The position numbers and the translations under genes were made by a program. Shown here one piece after another: positions 11,902-27,258 of a DNA stretch of 64,000 nucleotides; within the stretch, counting starts at the first letter, position 1; each line of letters opens with the position of its first letter. Under the pieces are notes generated by a model. That model was not told the origin of the DNA. It made no database searches and worked only from the letters and a program-made list of their open reading frames with translations. The stretch lies in the NCBI GenBank assembly GCA_965178125.1, contig OZ237739.1, forward strand, positions 186,001 to 250,000, written 5' to 3'. Source of the stretch: Bilabrum cf. latius (lineage: Eukaryota).

Positions 11902-13248
11902 ATGTCGGGAATTGGAAAGCTTAAAGTTACCACTCGAGAGAGAAGCCTGCGAGAAGAGCGGGCTAGGCGGTTCTAGGAGGAAGCTAAGCGCAGCAAACCT
12001 GCACAAACGAAAGTGTTTGCTCACAGAGGCGCCGAGGGCTCGGTAAAGCACAACAGAGAGAGCGCATAGCAGAAATTTTTCAATCGGCTGCTGGCAAGTG
12101 GGCGTCCTTTCAATGCGGTTCAGGTTCTAGGGTACGAGAAGCTGTTTCGGAATCCGTACCGGGGTCCTCGAACCGAAGACGCGGCTGCCGTCGGCATGAT
12201 CGCAGGCGACCGGGGTGCAAGCTCTGCCAAGCCCGAATCGACGCCTGCCACGTAGTCAGCCGCTCTGTCTCACCCGCCGAGCCTCCCTACGCCTAGCGCT
12301 CCATCGTCAGGCGCTGCTATCTGCAAAGCCGGGCCAGGCCCCAGCGGGTCTCCAACCGATGCGGCAGTGAGCCCAGAGGAAGAGGGGTGGGCGCTCCTTT
12401 CTCCCCGGCGCCGAGCAAAGCTGCGCTAGAAGCTCGGTGAGGATGGCTGGCCGGGCGCGGGTGCTGGTGCTGGTGCTGGTGCTGGTGCTGGTGCTGGTGC
12501 TGGTGCTGGTGCTGGTGCTGGTGCTGGTGCTGGTGCTGGTGCTGGTGCTGGTGCTGGTGCTGGTGCTGGTGCTGGTGCTGGTGCTGGTGCTGGTGCTGGT
12601 GCTGGTGCTGGTGCTGGTGCTGGTGCTGGTGCTGGTGCTGGTGCTGGTGCTGGTGCTGGTGCTGGTGCGACCAGAAGCAGCGACGCGGGCTCAGCGGCTG
12701 GGTTCTCCAGTGCCAGCGGAGCTAAACGGAGCCGCGCACTGATCGTCAAGGCTCTGCAAGATCGCCTGGAGCGAGTGGCCTCAATCGAGGCCCGGCTTGC
12801 CAGCGGGCTGGTCCTGGACGACGAGCAGTAGCAGGTGCTGGCTTCGAGGGCCAGCGTGGTGCGGGCGCTGGAGCGGCTTGGGGCGCCCCTCTACAGGCGG
12901 TCCAAGTCTGCCCACAAAAAGAGGGAACAGGCGGCGGCGGGGCTGGAGTCGGAGCTGAGGGTGCCCGCCGGGTGGGCCTACCGGACAGGTGGTGGGGCTG
13001 ACAGTGGCAGCAGCAGGGCTCCAGGTGGCGGGGGCAGGCGCAAGGGGAGTACAGACTCGAAGAAGCGCCGGGGTGGGGAGGGTGAGGGTGGGGCGGGGTC
13101 TTGGCGCACAGTGGCGGCTGGGGCGGGGGCGGGGGCGGGGGCACAGGGCCACGATGCATCGAAATCGAAATCCCGATCAAGCAGCGGGAAGCGCAGCAAG
13201 AGCCCCCGATCAGGCAGCTCAAAAGGGAAAAAACGTCGCATTGATTGA
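11902..13248 (+). CDS. Hypothetical protein (~448 aa) with (Gly-Ala)35 tract, helical hairpin and basic C-terminus; mostly absent from the standard-code ORF track
   Basis: ATG 11902 directly follows an in-frame TAA. The frame is open to TGA 13248 apart from five TAGs. Segment ALQDRLERVASIEARLASGLVLDDEQ[Q]QVLASR resembles PYM/eIF2A-type C-terminal helical hairpins. Confidence 0.7.
12460..12668. repeat. Perfect (GGTGCT)34 microsatellite, encodes poly(Gly-Ala)
   Basis: Directly visible uninterrupted hexamer run. Confidence 0.98.
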
Positions 13249-13506
13249 AGGGACAGGTAGAGTGTTTCGCCGAGGATGCACCGCAAGGCGCCGCGCACAT
13301 GCTTGATTGGTTCCGCTGCTCGAGGAAACAGTCTTCCGAAACGTCAGAACTCCCTCACAACAGCTGCAGCAGCTGCACTTTAGAGCGTAGCTTAAGCTTG
13401 TACATCTCATAGGCTTCTATCGCATTTCAGTTCGCCAGACGCCTTGCATAGCCCGTGGGCTGTATTTTAGGGGATTTACTGTGACTCAGACTTGATTGGG
13501 ATAACG

Positions 13507-14664
13507 ATGGCGACGTTGTCGGACTCGTTGCAATCTTTCTTGGCCGCAGAGGATACTTACAAAGTGTATGATTATATTTTCGAAGACGGCTACGCGGTAC
13601 ACTAGGATGATAGGCTGAAGCAGTTCGCCGATACGGAGAGGTGGATCAATGGATTCTTGTTTCCCGGTGGCCTGGCTGACTCTATGCCTCTCTTCATAGC
13701 TACATGGGCTCGCAACTTGATTGCCGGCTACGCGCTTTACTTTGGCTTTGGCTTGCTGTGGTCGTATCTCTGGTACGTCACGAAGCGCGAGGAGACGTTT
13801 CCGTTCGGAGGCATGCCCAGACAGAAGGACATCAACAAGCACATCAACGTGTCCTCCAAGGCTCTGGTTTGGTACACTTTCTTCCCTGCGTGCGCGAGCT
13901 GGTGCATCCAGCGCGGCCTGACGCAGGTCGTCCTGACGATCGACGAGCTCGGCGGGATCGGCCCCTATCTCGCGATTCACGTCGCGTACTTTTTCCTGGT
14001 CGAGCTGGGCATCTACTGGGTGCACCGCGCGCTGCACGACGTCCCGTTCTTGCGCTGGCTGCACCACGACCACCACGTGTACCACGCGAGGGAGATGATG
14101 TCCCCTTTTGCGGGGCTGGCCTTCCACCCCCTGGACGGGATCGCGCAGGCCAGCCCCTACGTGGCCTGCATCTTCTTCATGCCCATCCACTTCTGGACCA
14201 TGTTTGCCATGCTATTCGCCACGGCTCTGTGGACGGCCACCATCCACGACGCGGTGCCCAAGCAACTGGAGCCCATGATGGGTGCGGGCTACCACACCAT
14301 CCACCACGAGCAGTTCAACTACAACTATGGGCAGTACCTGACTCTCATGGACTGGATCTTCGGAACCCTGCTGCCCCCAACAGAGGCGGACTGTGACCCG
14401 GCTCTCAGGGCGCAAGAGAAGGGCCAGATCTCCGAGGGGGACCTGCTGAGGCTGAGGGAGGGCAAGGCGGCCGTCAAGGGGGGCAAGGTGGTTCCGCTGG
14501 AGGGGCGCCGCGCGGTGCCCATGGTCAGCACCGGCGCGGACCAGGAGGAGAGCAAGAGCGGCGGGGAGACCACTGACGAGAGCGAGGGCGAGGATGAGGG
14601 GAAGGGCGAGGCGAGGCGGCGGGGGCGCACCGGTAGCCGCCAGGCCCGCACTGAGTAGTCGTGA
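13507..14664 (+). CDS. ERG3: Delta7-sterol C5(6)-desaturase (ERG3/SC5D/DWF7 family)
   Basis: Three His boxes HRALH, HHDHH and HTIHH, plus SPFAGLAFHPLDG and NYGQY...MDWIFGTL. The only upstream ATG (13507) needs read-through of TAG 13603. Ends TAG-TCG-TGA. Confidence 0.92.
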
Positions 14665-15070
14665 GCAGGTGCTGCCACTGCCAGTGGGCCCGGTGGCTCG
14701 GCTGCTCCCTTCGCTTCGGGAGCCCAGTCCTCGTCTTGGATGCTCGACCCGCCCGCCGCTCTCCAGCTTGCACTGCACTGCCACTGATTCAATGAGTTGG
14801 TTTCGCTGCCACTGATTGTACGCGTGCTGCACCGCTGCACTGCGTGGCCTAGCCACCGCTGCGGCATGTCGACGACTTGAGGGCTGTCTGTTTGAATAGA
14901 ACAATTCGTTCCACTGATTTCTCTGGGTGTACCACGCTGGTCAATCGCAAGCGAATGTGTGTATGGATCCATGCATTCGAGATGAAATAATACCACAAGT
15001 CTCCGTGTTCAGGTGCTGCCATCTACATGCGGCGCAACGCTTGGTTGCTACAAGCAAGCCGCCATTCGGT

Positions 15071-16396
15071 TCACTCTGGCTTGTAGTACCTGCTGGGCAC
15101 AAAAGGCATCTTGCTCACCGTGGCCTGCCCCATCCTGCCGCGCACCTCCACCTGCAGCTCCGTTCCGTTCTTGTGGTGACCCTTGGTCACATACCCCATC
15201 GAGATGGGCTTCTTCAGGTGCGGACTGAACGTCCCAGAGGTCACCACGCCGATCTCCTCCCCTTCCTTGGAGAAGAGCTTGGCCCCGTCCCTGGCGGGTG
15301 CCCCCTTCACCAGGAGGCCCACCCTGCGGCGGGCCCACGACTTGCCCTTGATCTCGCCCACGATGCGGTCCGCACCCGGAAATCGCATGTCCTTGCGCCT
15401 ACTCTTCGCCACGGTCCAGCTCAGGTTCGCCTCCGCGGGGGAGGTCGTGCCGTCGATGTCGTTGCCGTACAGGCACAGCCCAGCCTCGAGCCGGAGCACG
15501 TCCCTGGCGGCAAGCCCCGCCCCCAGGGCACCCTCCTGTCCCATGAGCGACTGCCACACGTGCACCGCGTCCTCCTGGGCCACAGAGACCTCGAACCCGT
15601 CCTCGCCCGTGTACCCGCACCGTGTGACGAGCGCGCTCCTCCCCGCGACGGTGGCCTCGAACCCCCGCATGAAGGGGGTCTGCTTCAGGACCTCCTCGCC
15701 GGTTTGGCCACCCTGCTGGTCCAGCAGCGCCGCTAGGCCGCGAGCTGCCCCTGGTCCCTGCACGGCCACCAGCTGCCTGTCCCCAAGGTACTCGTACTCT
15801 GCCTCCACACCGTCCCTGGCGCGCGCAGCCTCGAGCCGCGCGTCGATGTGGGCCATGTCGCCTGTCTTGGTGGCGCCGTTCACGACCATGTTCACGAATC
15901 CGAGGGGCTCCTGCAGGTTTGTGATGACAGTGTCGTCGATGATGCCGCCGTCGTCGTTCGTGAGCAGAGACAGGCAGGCATCGCCGCTGCCCAGGCCGGC
16001 CACGTCACCCACCACAAGCGACTCGATGAAATTCACCGCGTCCTTGCCTCTCCACCTGAGCTGACCCATGTGGGACACATCAAACAAAGAAAAACATCCG
16101 TCTGTTCTGGTGTGAACAGTGCTCTGCACTACGCCGTCCTTGTACTGCACCGGCAGCTCGTACCCCGCGAACGGTACCATCTTCCCTCCCAAGGCCACGT
16201 GCTCGTCGTACAAGGCAGTGCGTAGCAATGGTTCAGAAGATAAAGCCCTAGCCTGCGAAAATTACTCTCACACAAACGAAGCTCAAACGTAGACGCGTGA
16301 ATAACGACGGCTCTTCTGCAAGATGGCGATCCTCACTCCAAGTCTTCCATTCCGCGCAGCGAATCGTGCCACCGCCAAAGCCCTGGTAGCAAGCAT
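15071..16396 (-). CDS. gcvT: Mitochondrial glycine cleavage system T protein (aminomethyltransferase); join(15071-16252,16337-16396)
   Basis: RTALYDEHVALGGKMVPFAGYELPVQY, FDVSHMG, TRCGYTGEDGFE and GLAARDVLRLEAGLCLYGND. An 84-nt phase-0 GT-AG intron removes an in-frame TGA and attaches an Arg-rich presequence. No TAG codons. Ends TGA. Confidence 0.96.
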
Positions 16397-16988
16397 TCTA
16401 TCAAGCGGATTCAATTGATAATCAACGGCGGATGCTGCCGAATGAAGGTGCACGACTGAAAGATTCTTCCCAAAAAACAGAGCACCGCCAAAATCGCATT
16501 TCGCACGCTACATGGCGCAAGTGCAACTGTTGCACTTGCGCGTGTCTTCACCCGAACGCGAGCCTGCAGCTGCCTTTCATGCCATTCCAGCTTTGTTTCC
16601 AGGCTACCTTGTGGCAGAGCGCACCCGGACCCCGCGTGGAGGTCACTGGCACCGGTTCGCCCGTTCATGGCAGATCCAAGGGGCCCTTGGCAAGGGCCCC
16701 AAGCAGGTCCTCTCCCAGGCAGTTCTTTCTTGTTTATCCGGGCAGTTACACGCACATTGGCGGACAGTGCCCGCATAGTGCCAGACCAATTCTTGGGGCT
16801 CCACATTTGTGACTGCTGCTGCCGCTTGAGATCGCACGACGGTCGAACGTGTCAGCCAGGCTTGCAGTGTCAATGCCAGCTCGACCTATCTGCAGGTAGG
16901 GTGAGCACGCACGATGATCCATGGCAAGATATTTTACTGCGCCGGCTGATCTATCCGCTTGCATCTCCGTCATGTGCCGCAGTCTCCG

Positions 16989-17540
16989 TCATCGCCTCGT
17001 GGCCCCCGCATCGGCGGCCTCAGCCTCCTTCAAGCTGGACTCGCTCCCGCTTCGAACCATCCGGAAGCGCCGTCCTGCTGCCTGCTGCTGCACCGCAGCG
17101 GCCCTCCGTCCCTGGTCCTCTGCCAGCGAACCGCCGCTCCTGCTCATGCCCTCGCCGGCGGGCGGCTGGGGCTGCTCCAGCGCCGTGCTGCTGGGGACGC
17201 TCTAGGAGCCTTCCCGTTGCATCCATGCATCATCGACAAGTGCTCTGATGGACGCCAGCTCCGCACTGGCCCCCTCAGCTTTCCTAAACTTGGCGTCCTG
17301 CGCGTGCTGTCCGGACGAGCTCTCGCTGACCTTCTTCGCCGAATCCAGAAACTTTTGGGACGCAATCTATTCTGCCTTCATGACATTGTCGTGATCACCT
17401 AGCTCCATAAGCCACTTTGGAAGCTTCCGTGCTCGCACGGCGTCCCGCAGCCGCTCGAAACCTAGAGCAAGCACAACACTACCCCCCAGCATACCGCCGG
17501 CGAGATACGCCATGACAACCGCGTGCTACTTTGCAGCCAT
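16989..17540 (-). CDS. Hypothetical 183-aa protein with one N-terminal hydrophobic segment; invisible under the standard code
   Basis: MAAK[Q]HAVVMAYLAGGMLGGSVVLALGFERLRDAVRARK..., with three in-frame TAGs and a TGA end. Head-to-head with DDX41 (165 bp between ATGs). Confidence 0.65.
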
Positions 17541-17705
17541 CACGTGTGATTTAACAAACTTTATCTAGCAGTCTAGATGGCTGATAGACTTGTTGTCGTG
17601 CAGCACGATGATCAAATGTGGTGAACAGCACGGCGGGAACCGGAGCAAAAATCGCAGCATGCGTCCGTGCCGCCCCGAAGCACAGCCTCCAATCCTTCTA
17701 CAAGC

Positions 17706-19820
<2,115 letters not shown>

Positions 19821-19967
19821 ACTTGATCTTTATCATGATTTTGATCTTCATGCGGTTCTCCCCAGGATCGTGGACTGCAGTGCAGACGCTTTCACCACGC
19901 ACACTCATATCTTGGTAAATCACCCTGGATCAGGTATGCTACTCTAAACCAATACCAGTAGTATGGG

Positions 19968-21278
19968 TTACTCTTCATCCTCATTTGCGGCGGCATCTCG
20001 CTTGCCAACGTCGTCTTCTTCACCCCCTGCGAGCCGAGCTGCTTCCCCGCCCCCTCTGCTGCTGCTGCTGCTGCTGCTGCTAGCTGCCTCATCGTTTGTG
20101 GCGTGGCCGAGCTTTGAGACGGCCAGTGGCGGCTGATCGCTTCCATCCTACCCTTCAAGTTGTGCCTCGACCTGTGCGAGGGAGGCCGCTGCCAGCCGCG
20201 CGGCGGCCGCGGGCCCTTCCTCTTTGAGCGCATCCCGGTACGCCCGCCCCGTCTTGTTGGCCGCGAAGGCCGCGTCCACATCGATGTCCGCGGGGGGCTC
20301 TAGCCCGTGCTCGCGCATGGCTGCCGCGATGCTCCCGTGCTTCCTCGCCAGTGTGACGAGCTTGCCCCTCGTCTATATGTTGCTGCGCTTCCCTTCCATG
20401 CACCGGGACAGCATGTTGGCGTCGGTTGAGCCACCCAGCTTCACGATGGACTCCAGCAGCTGCTTGGTCTCGGCTCCCGACCACGCCCCGAAGCGGAAGG
20501 ACTGAAGGTCCTTGGACCGAGCGCGTGACGAGTGATCGCCACTGCCTGTGTCCACGGCAAACCTGTCCTTTGGGTCCCCGCTGCATGCCTGCTGCGCCCC
20601 ATCGCTGGATCCTGGCACCGGCTCAATTCCATCGGTCAGGTCGCTGGTGTCGAGCCCCTGCGCCTCCGCCGCTGCCCGCAGCCTGGATTGGGCGAGCCGG
20701 GCCACTCCAGCCGGTACCCCGGTGTGGCTTTCCGCTACCTGGCTTTGGACGGTTGCGAGCACATCCGGGTCGGCAAATTTAGATGGGACTCTTGGCGCAA
20801 TTTGGTTCCAGGCCAGCATATGCTGTGTTGCATCGTGCACCTTTTTGGCCCGCTCAGTATCGCTCCAGGAATGCGCTCTTCGAGCGCGACGCTCAGGAAA
20901 CTCCCCTGCAGTGTACGCCTGGACATCTCTGATCTTCCCCAACATTTTTACGTTCTCCTAAAGCCTCTCCATATATCTGCGAGTTGCGAACAAAGGCTGG
21001 AACTGCGGATTGGTGTGTGTCTTGAAGCTCGAGAGCAATGGCACGACAGCTCAACAATCTTACAACAAAGCAGAATGGATGGCCCCAGCCTCTATCGTAT
21101 CCTTTATCGCAATAATGAGAGCCTCGTTCTCGAGCAAAACCTACAGCGCGCGAACGGTAGGGAGGGTTTGATTGTTTTGCTGGTTTGAATACGAGAGAAA
21201 GTTGCAACTGGGACACAGCCTGTGGGAACTCACGTGATCCACTGCATCGCACACAACAGGTGGAACTTCCTACTGCAT
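19968..21278 (-). CDS. SSXT/SNH (SS18/GIF-like) domain + Myb/SANT-like protein; introns 21141-21233 and 20977-21063; start uncertain
   Basis: Spliced VLLENEALIIAIKDTIEAGAIHSALLYMERL[Q]ENVKMLGKIRD fits the SSXT pattern (LDEN..LI..I...G....Y...LQ.NL). GAWSGAETKQLLESIVKLG is Myb-like. Ends TAA. Confidence 0.7.
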
Positions 21279-21597
21279 CTGTTCGTGTCAAGTAGCCAAC
21301 GAGCACACCAGGTTCTGTATACCGAAAAGTGGGACGGATTCATCATCCCATCAGTTTGTCCTCTTTCTCATTTGAAATCATCATCATTGGGATTTCCACT
21401 TGTGTTCTGTGTTCACGTTGGAAGGGGTATTGGTGTTGGTAGCTTTGCTTGGTAATGGTTACGTGTTAGCCACATTTAGTGCTAGCACCCCAGGAGAAAC
21501 AATCTGCAAGTAGACTCTCACGGTCAGCTTTGGCCACGGGTATAGAGGCGACGGGAGCTCCCGCACACGAACACCACAACAGAGTAGTTCGCAAAGC

Positions 21598-22630
21598 TCA
21601 GTCCAATGAGCCTGGTGTTTGGTATTGCAGGGAAGGGTTACGCAGCCCACTCGATTCTGCAGGCAGAGGCCCCATGCCACTAATACCTCCCCCCGTTGGC
21701 ATCATCTGGTCGAACTGAGAGTCCTGCGACATCCCAGAGCTCTCCCGCCTGGCCTCAGCTTGGCCCAGCTAGGGAGGGAAGCTACCCATTCCGCCGCCGA
21801 GGTGCATCGATGCGGGCTATGGCGCCTGCCGCACTTGCCCCTCCCCCTCCACGCCCCGGCTGGGTTGCCCTGACCCCTGCCGGTACTTGCTGCCCGAGCC
21901 TCCTCCAACACCCGGCACAGCGAGTGGGCCGGGTGTTGGAGCATCAAATTCCGTGGCGTGTCCAGGCTAGGGCCGCAACTGCCCCTGCCCCTGCCCCTGC
22001 CCCTGCTCCTGCTCCTGAGGCTACAGCTACATTTGACCATGCCTATGACCACGACCACGGCCCTGCATTGTTTCCTGCGCTGCCCCTTGCGACCCTTCTG
22101 CTGCGCCGTATGACCCGCCCTCAAAGCTCTGCATTTGCGGCATGGGGCTGGTTGACCACCCAGGGCCTGCGCCGCTCTGTGGAACAGCGGCTGCCACTCC
22201 CCCAGCCCCTTGCAGAGCGTCCTCGGCGCCCACATCATCGTAGTTGGTGGCCATGTTCACGTCGGAATCCTCCCTCCGTGCAACGGGGGGCTGGCCGCTG
22301 CCATCGGAAGGCAGCTGTGCCGTGGGTACAAGTCCTACCAAACTCTAGGACCTGTCCTGAGACACAGTACCAGAGCCGTTGGAGCCGACCGACGCAACCC
22401 TCTGGCCGGGCTGCGGGCGCGTCATCGCAACTGGTTGGTCCTGCGGCATGTGCGATCCAGTGAAGTCATGACTGTGCTGGTGCACTGGCTGCGACGCGGA
22501 GGACCGCATCTTTGGTGCCTCCAACAGGTGCGCGCCTGGTATCTGCGCCATCATCTGGCCGGCGCCCGTGCTTACGCGACGGGCGTTGACGTGCGGTCGC
22601 CTGTCGGTGCTCCAGTCTTGCTGTTGAAGC

Positions 22631-22662
<32 letters not shown>

Positions 22663-25600
22663 GGCCTGCCACTGTTGTTGCCTTGCATCGCCAGTCGGGA
22701 TTGACCCCCCACTCGAACCAAATCCGGTACTGCCCCCACCCTGGGGGGCGCCCCCACCCTGGGGGACAGGCGAGGGAGTACCCCTGCCTGTCATGAACCC
22801 CCCCGCGCCCGGGTCGCCCGAAGATACATGACGGGCGGGTGTGCCCGAGCGCATTTGCTGCGTCTCCCGGGAGTCCTTCGGCGGGACAGCGCGTTCTGCA
22901 GACCGGGTACTCGGGTCAGGGACGCTTGCCCCGGCTCCTCTGTAGGCTCCATGCCGCCTGCTAGTCGACGGGCGAGTGTGAGCGCTGGGGGTTGGACGCA
23001 CGGAGGAGGGTCCCATTCCGGCGGCTTGCTTCTCGCCGCCCCAGTCATCCAGATCCAGCCCATCCAGCCCCTCATCCTCCCCCTCTTCCGCATGCTATCC
23101 GCCAAATGTTCCGCTTGCACGCTCCAGTTCTTCGAGCTGGGCGGCTCGCTGCTCTGCCAAGTCTTTGGCCGCCAGCAACAGCACCGCCGATGTGAGGTGC
23201 TCGTCGCTCAGCTGCCGGCTCCCCCCACACATAAGCCGGTCGGCGCGGTGCTCAAGTTCCCTAATGAGTGCCCTGGCTTCAGTGGAACGCGACAGCAGGC
23301 CGACAGCAGGGAGGGTGGCGGCCTCTGGCGCGCGGCCTGACTCGATGGCCTGCTGCATCGCGGCTCTGTGCGATGCCCATTGGGCCAGGTCGATCGATCG
23401 GATCTTGACGTAGCCCACACCCAGCATGTCGAACGCCTAGCAGCATGCGCGCAGTCCCTCCATCTGGCGCCTCACGTACCGCCCGAGGCCGGGCAGCTGT
23501 TTCTCAAGTAGCTGCTTCTCGCCTTTCGAGCGCGATGCTATACTTCGCGTGACCTGAACCTTGGTGACGTAGTCCCACAGCACGTGGTGCAGGTCGCCAA
23601 CACCCAGAAAGTCGCTGCTGGGCAACGCCGACGGCTCTTCACCATCGATGCCGCGTTGCCCTGCCTCTGATTGGTCCCCGGCACCCGACGATGCACTGTG
23701 TTGATGCGTGTGCCGCGAATCTGCGCGGGCAGAGCGCCCGCTGCTATCTGCCTCATCCCCTGATCCGTCGCTCTCCGGGCCGGTCTACGACGTGCTCCCA
23801 CGAGATCGACGGGATCGGCCTGACCTGTCGGTGCCGATCGCGATGCCGGGGCTGCGGCCCTGATTCCGATCTGGATTGGGGGTGTGCTGATGCGGCTGCT
23901 GCTAGGACGCACCGATGGTTCTCGGCCTGTCGTCGATGGTGTCGTCGTACCCCCCGCCTGGCTCATTCGAGGCCTGCCGCTGCACAGCCCCAGAGAATCG
24001 CTGCGCGTCATCACCCGGGCCAGCTGTCACTCCATTATGACCAGCCCGGTGGTGCTGCTCCCCAGCCGCTGCCCCGTACTGTCCACCTGGGAGCGGGACG
24101 GCTTGCACCTCGGGCACAGAGGCAGTCGCCCTGGCTGGCCTATGGCGCGGCGTCTCGAGAGCTTGCGAGCCCTCCATTCCGCCTGCTCCGGCACCACTCC
24201 CAGGCATTGGTACTGCTATCGCTTCGGACTGGGATACTGACCGAGCACCCTCGTTGGCAGCTGCCAGGTCAGCCCCTGTGAGCTCGCGAGTGAGAGTGAG
24301 GCTCACGCAATCCGGCATACGGCTGCTGAATGCGTTTTGCATCACGTCACTCACGGCGTCAGTCTCCCTGCACATCTGTACTGACCCCGCAAGCGATTTG
24401 CACGCCCGTTGCATCCCTTCCAGTAGCTGGTACACCTACCGTACATCCTCCTCGAAGCCCCCGCAGACACCGACAGGCGCGACCGCGCCTCTCGATGCGC
24501 CACCAGTGGCCGCGCCCGCGCCACCGCTGCCAGCGCCACCGGACAGTGCCTGGCCCAGGCCCAGCCGCGTGTACTCGGGACGGTGCTCGTCCAATGTGCC
24601 AGCTCCCTTCGGCCACGTGGTCTGGAGCCCGCTCGTGAGCCAGCCGCCGGGACCGTCTGTTGGACCGAAGCCCTGCACCCACTCAGCTGCGGTCAGGTCG
24701 CCCCCCTGGAGCTTCTCCCGGTCCACCGGATGCACCAACGGCTCGCTGGGGGGCATATCCAGTCCTCTAGTGTCCTGCACCAGCAGGCCAAAATCCAGGC
24801 AGCTCCGCACGCACTGGCACGCGTGCTCCCAGCGCTCTACTGCTTCCCAGGCTTGCAGCAGTGGGTTGGTAAACTGATTAACGTCTGAGCTAGATCCCTT
24901 CCACCGGTTTGCGGGCACTTCCATCATCCCAGATAAGGGCCCGGGTGATTCCTCTATGGCGGCGGCTTGGCTGGCGGCATCTCTGAACCTCTGCCTGACT
25001 CCGTCCAGATCGCCGTGCTTCTCCTCCGTGCTTCCGTCCTTGGGAGTGGGCATCAGCCGCAGCTGCGACGGGTCCTTCTGCTTGGAGTGCACGAGCGTCA
25101 TGATCGTCTTGTCTACGCTACGGGAGCAGTACACCAGCACGATCCGGCTGTGCTCCTAGTCCGACATGGAGCGCCTCAGCATGTAGTACCCGTGGTAGCC
25201 TGTGCCTGCAGTCCCCGACCGTGCTTTCTCCCGTCTGCACAGCGTCTCTACGTGCCCCCGAGCAAGCACCTTGTCCTCTTGAGTGTCTCGGCACCTGGTC
25301 AATGCCCTCCTGTGGGTGCCCTGCACGGGCAGCGGCATCTCGAACTTGGGATCGAAACTCAGCGTGCCCTTCTCCAGCAGGAGCTGGTCCAGCAGCTCGT
25401 CTGCCTGGCGACTCAGCCTCTCCAGTATCGCTGGGCTGCCCGGGTAGTGCTCCGGAGCAGTGCTTCGCACCGAGCCGCCAGGGTGTGCTGAAGCGGCGCT
25501 TGGACCCGCCGTCTCTCCCCTTGCTGCTTCGAGGGCTGGCAGCCTGATCCTAAGAGTTCCGTCGCTCGCGACGTCTAGCACCACCCGAAAGTGCACGATG

Positions 25601-26833
25601 GCCGGCGCGTGCCAGTCGCGCCGGTTCAGGTCGGGCCACTGGAAGAGAGCGTCTCTGATCCTGTGGGTGGCTCTCGCCCACAGGTCCCTCCACCTCATGC
25701 GACACGCCACGTCAGACCCGTCACCAGCGACGGCCCCCGCATCGGCACCAGCACCGAAGGAGACCTCTGTGTCGGTGCCCCGGGGGTCCGTGCCTGTGCT
25801 CGACCCTCGGCTGCTATCTCTCTGCGGAGCAAATCCGCTGGCAGTCCCAGGAGTCGATAGCTGTGGGCTGGTGATGGCGAAGCTTGCAGGCCGGTACCCT
25901 GCCCCCGGCACAGCGGAGGAGGCGGCGGCAGGGGCAGGGGCAGGGGCCGCTCTGGGTACGCCCGTGCTGCCACCGGGTAGGTGCTCCGCAGAGTCCTTCC
26001 CAGTGGCCGCGGCGGGCAGGCCCAGGCCGGGCCAGAGTAGACCGTAGGGCAGGCCCATCCTCGCGGCAAGGTCTTCGCCTCCGCCCGCGCTGTTGCCAAC
26101 CTTTAGACCGATGCCGCCCGCCGCGGCGATGATGGGAGCCGGATAATTCATCACTTTTGGCGTGCCGCTCTAGTCGGGGGACTGTACCCTCACTGAGAGG
26201 ATGAGCCCGGCGTCGTGCTCCCAGGGGCAGAGCCGGAGCAGGAACGCGCCCTGCTGCTCGCTCTAGCCGAGGATCAGGTCTGCGGCCGGGCGTGTTTGCA
26301 TCCCTTGGAAGCCCGTAAATGCTAAATCTAGCACTAAAAGCCTGTAGCTGGCGGCACATATGCACTCTGCCATGGAGGAGCAGCGTCCGCCTCGAATTCC
26401 AGTTTCAGCACCCAGGCATGTCAGCACGCCAGCAAAATCCACCAGAGCGCACTGACTCGCGGGGTCCTGGCTGGCACGTCTAGACAGATAGTAGGGCGAG
26501 TAACTTGACTTGTCCAAGTCGGGTGGCCTTGCGACTTCTGGCAAAGTGGCCTGCCCGACGCAGCCAAGCGCATGCTTCCACGCAGCCAGCACCCTGGGAA
26601 TAGCTCGCCCAAAATCGGAAAAGGAGCGGTCCTCAGACAATATAGTTTGTAGTCTATTCGACACCGCAGCCCATGGTAATGTTGGGGGTATCTTCGATTT
26701 ACCAGCACTGCGAACGATTGGGTGTTGTCGTTATGGTAAATATTGGATCTGGCGAGCTTTCGTTCAAAGCAGGGTAAACACCGCCAACTCACGCCCTCTA
26801 GATGTATCTCCATAATTCTAGTGCTCTCTGCAT
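21598..26833 (-). CDS. ~1700-aa protein with N-terminal Cbl/Shk-like EF-hand-SH2 module and a second SH2-like module; paralogue A; intron 26708-26792; start uncertain
   Basis: Eight ORF-track fragments lie in one frame, separated only by TAGs (at least 13). Motifs GFQGMQTRPAADLIL...GAFLLRL...GLILSVRV and GYYMLRRSMSD. Ends TGA. Confidence 0.7.
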
Positions 26834-27258
26834 TGGTGGTGGTTCACGGCGCGAACGTGGTGAGCTTGCCGGAGGTCCGGAGGCTAAAGTCTGCGGAACC
26901 AAATCCGAGGAGAACGGCGCTGCGCAATTGTGTCATTTCACCCACATTCTCTAGGGGCGCCTCTGCTGGGTGCGATAGTACCTATCGGCTAATTTGTGCG
27001 CCTTGCTTGTGGCCACAAGCAGGCCGCTGCCTGTCGCGGAGGGGCCAAAATCAAATCGAGCCGTGGATGGCTCCAGCTACAGACGTGCTGCTACAAGCCA
27101 CGTGCAGACCATAGTGCCGACCAACCCGTCCAGATTTGGGGGACGAGGACAGGAAATCACTCCGCCAGACAACCTGGAACGCCCACCCCCCGAGCAGAGC
27201 CCTGTAGCCCACTCAACCTGGCCTAGACCCCTTCAAAGTTTACGAGCTACATCTCATT

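Noticed and set aside
12460-12668. (GGTGCT)n as a telomeric array
   Set aside because: It is internal, sits in frame inside a CDS and does not match TTAGGG-type units.
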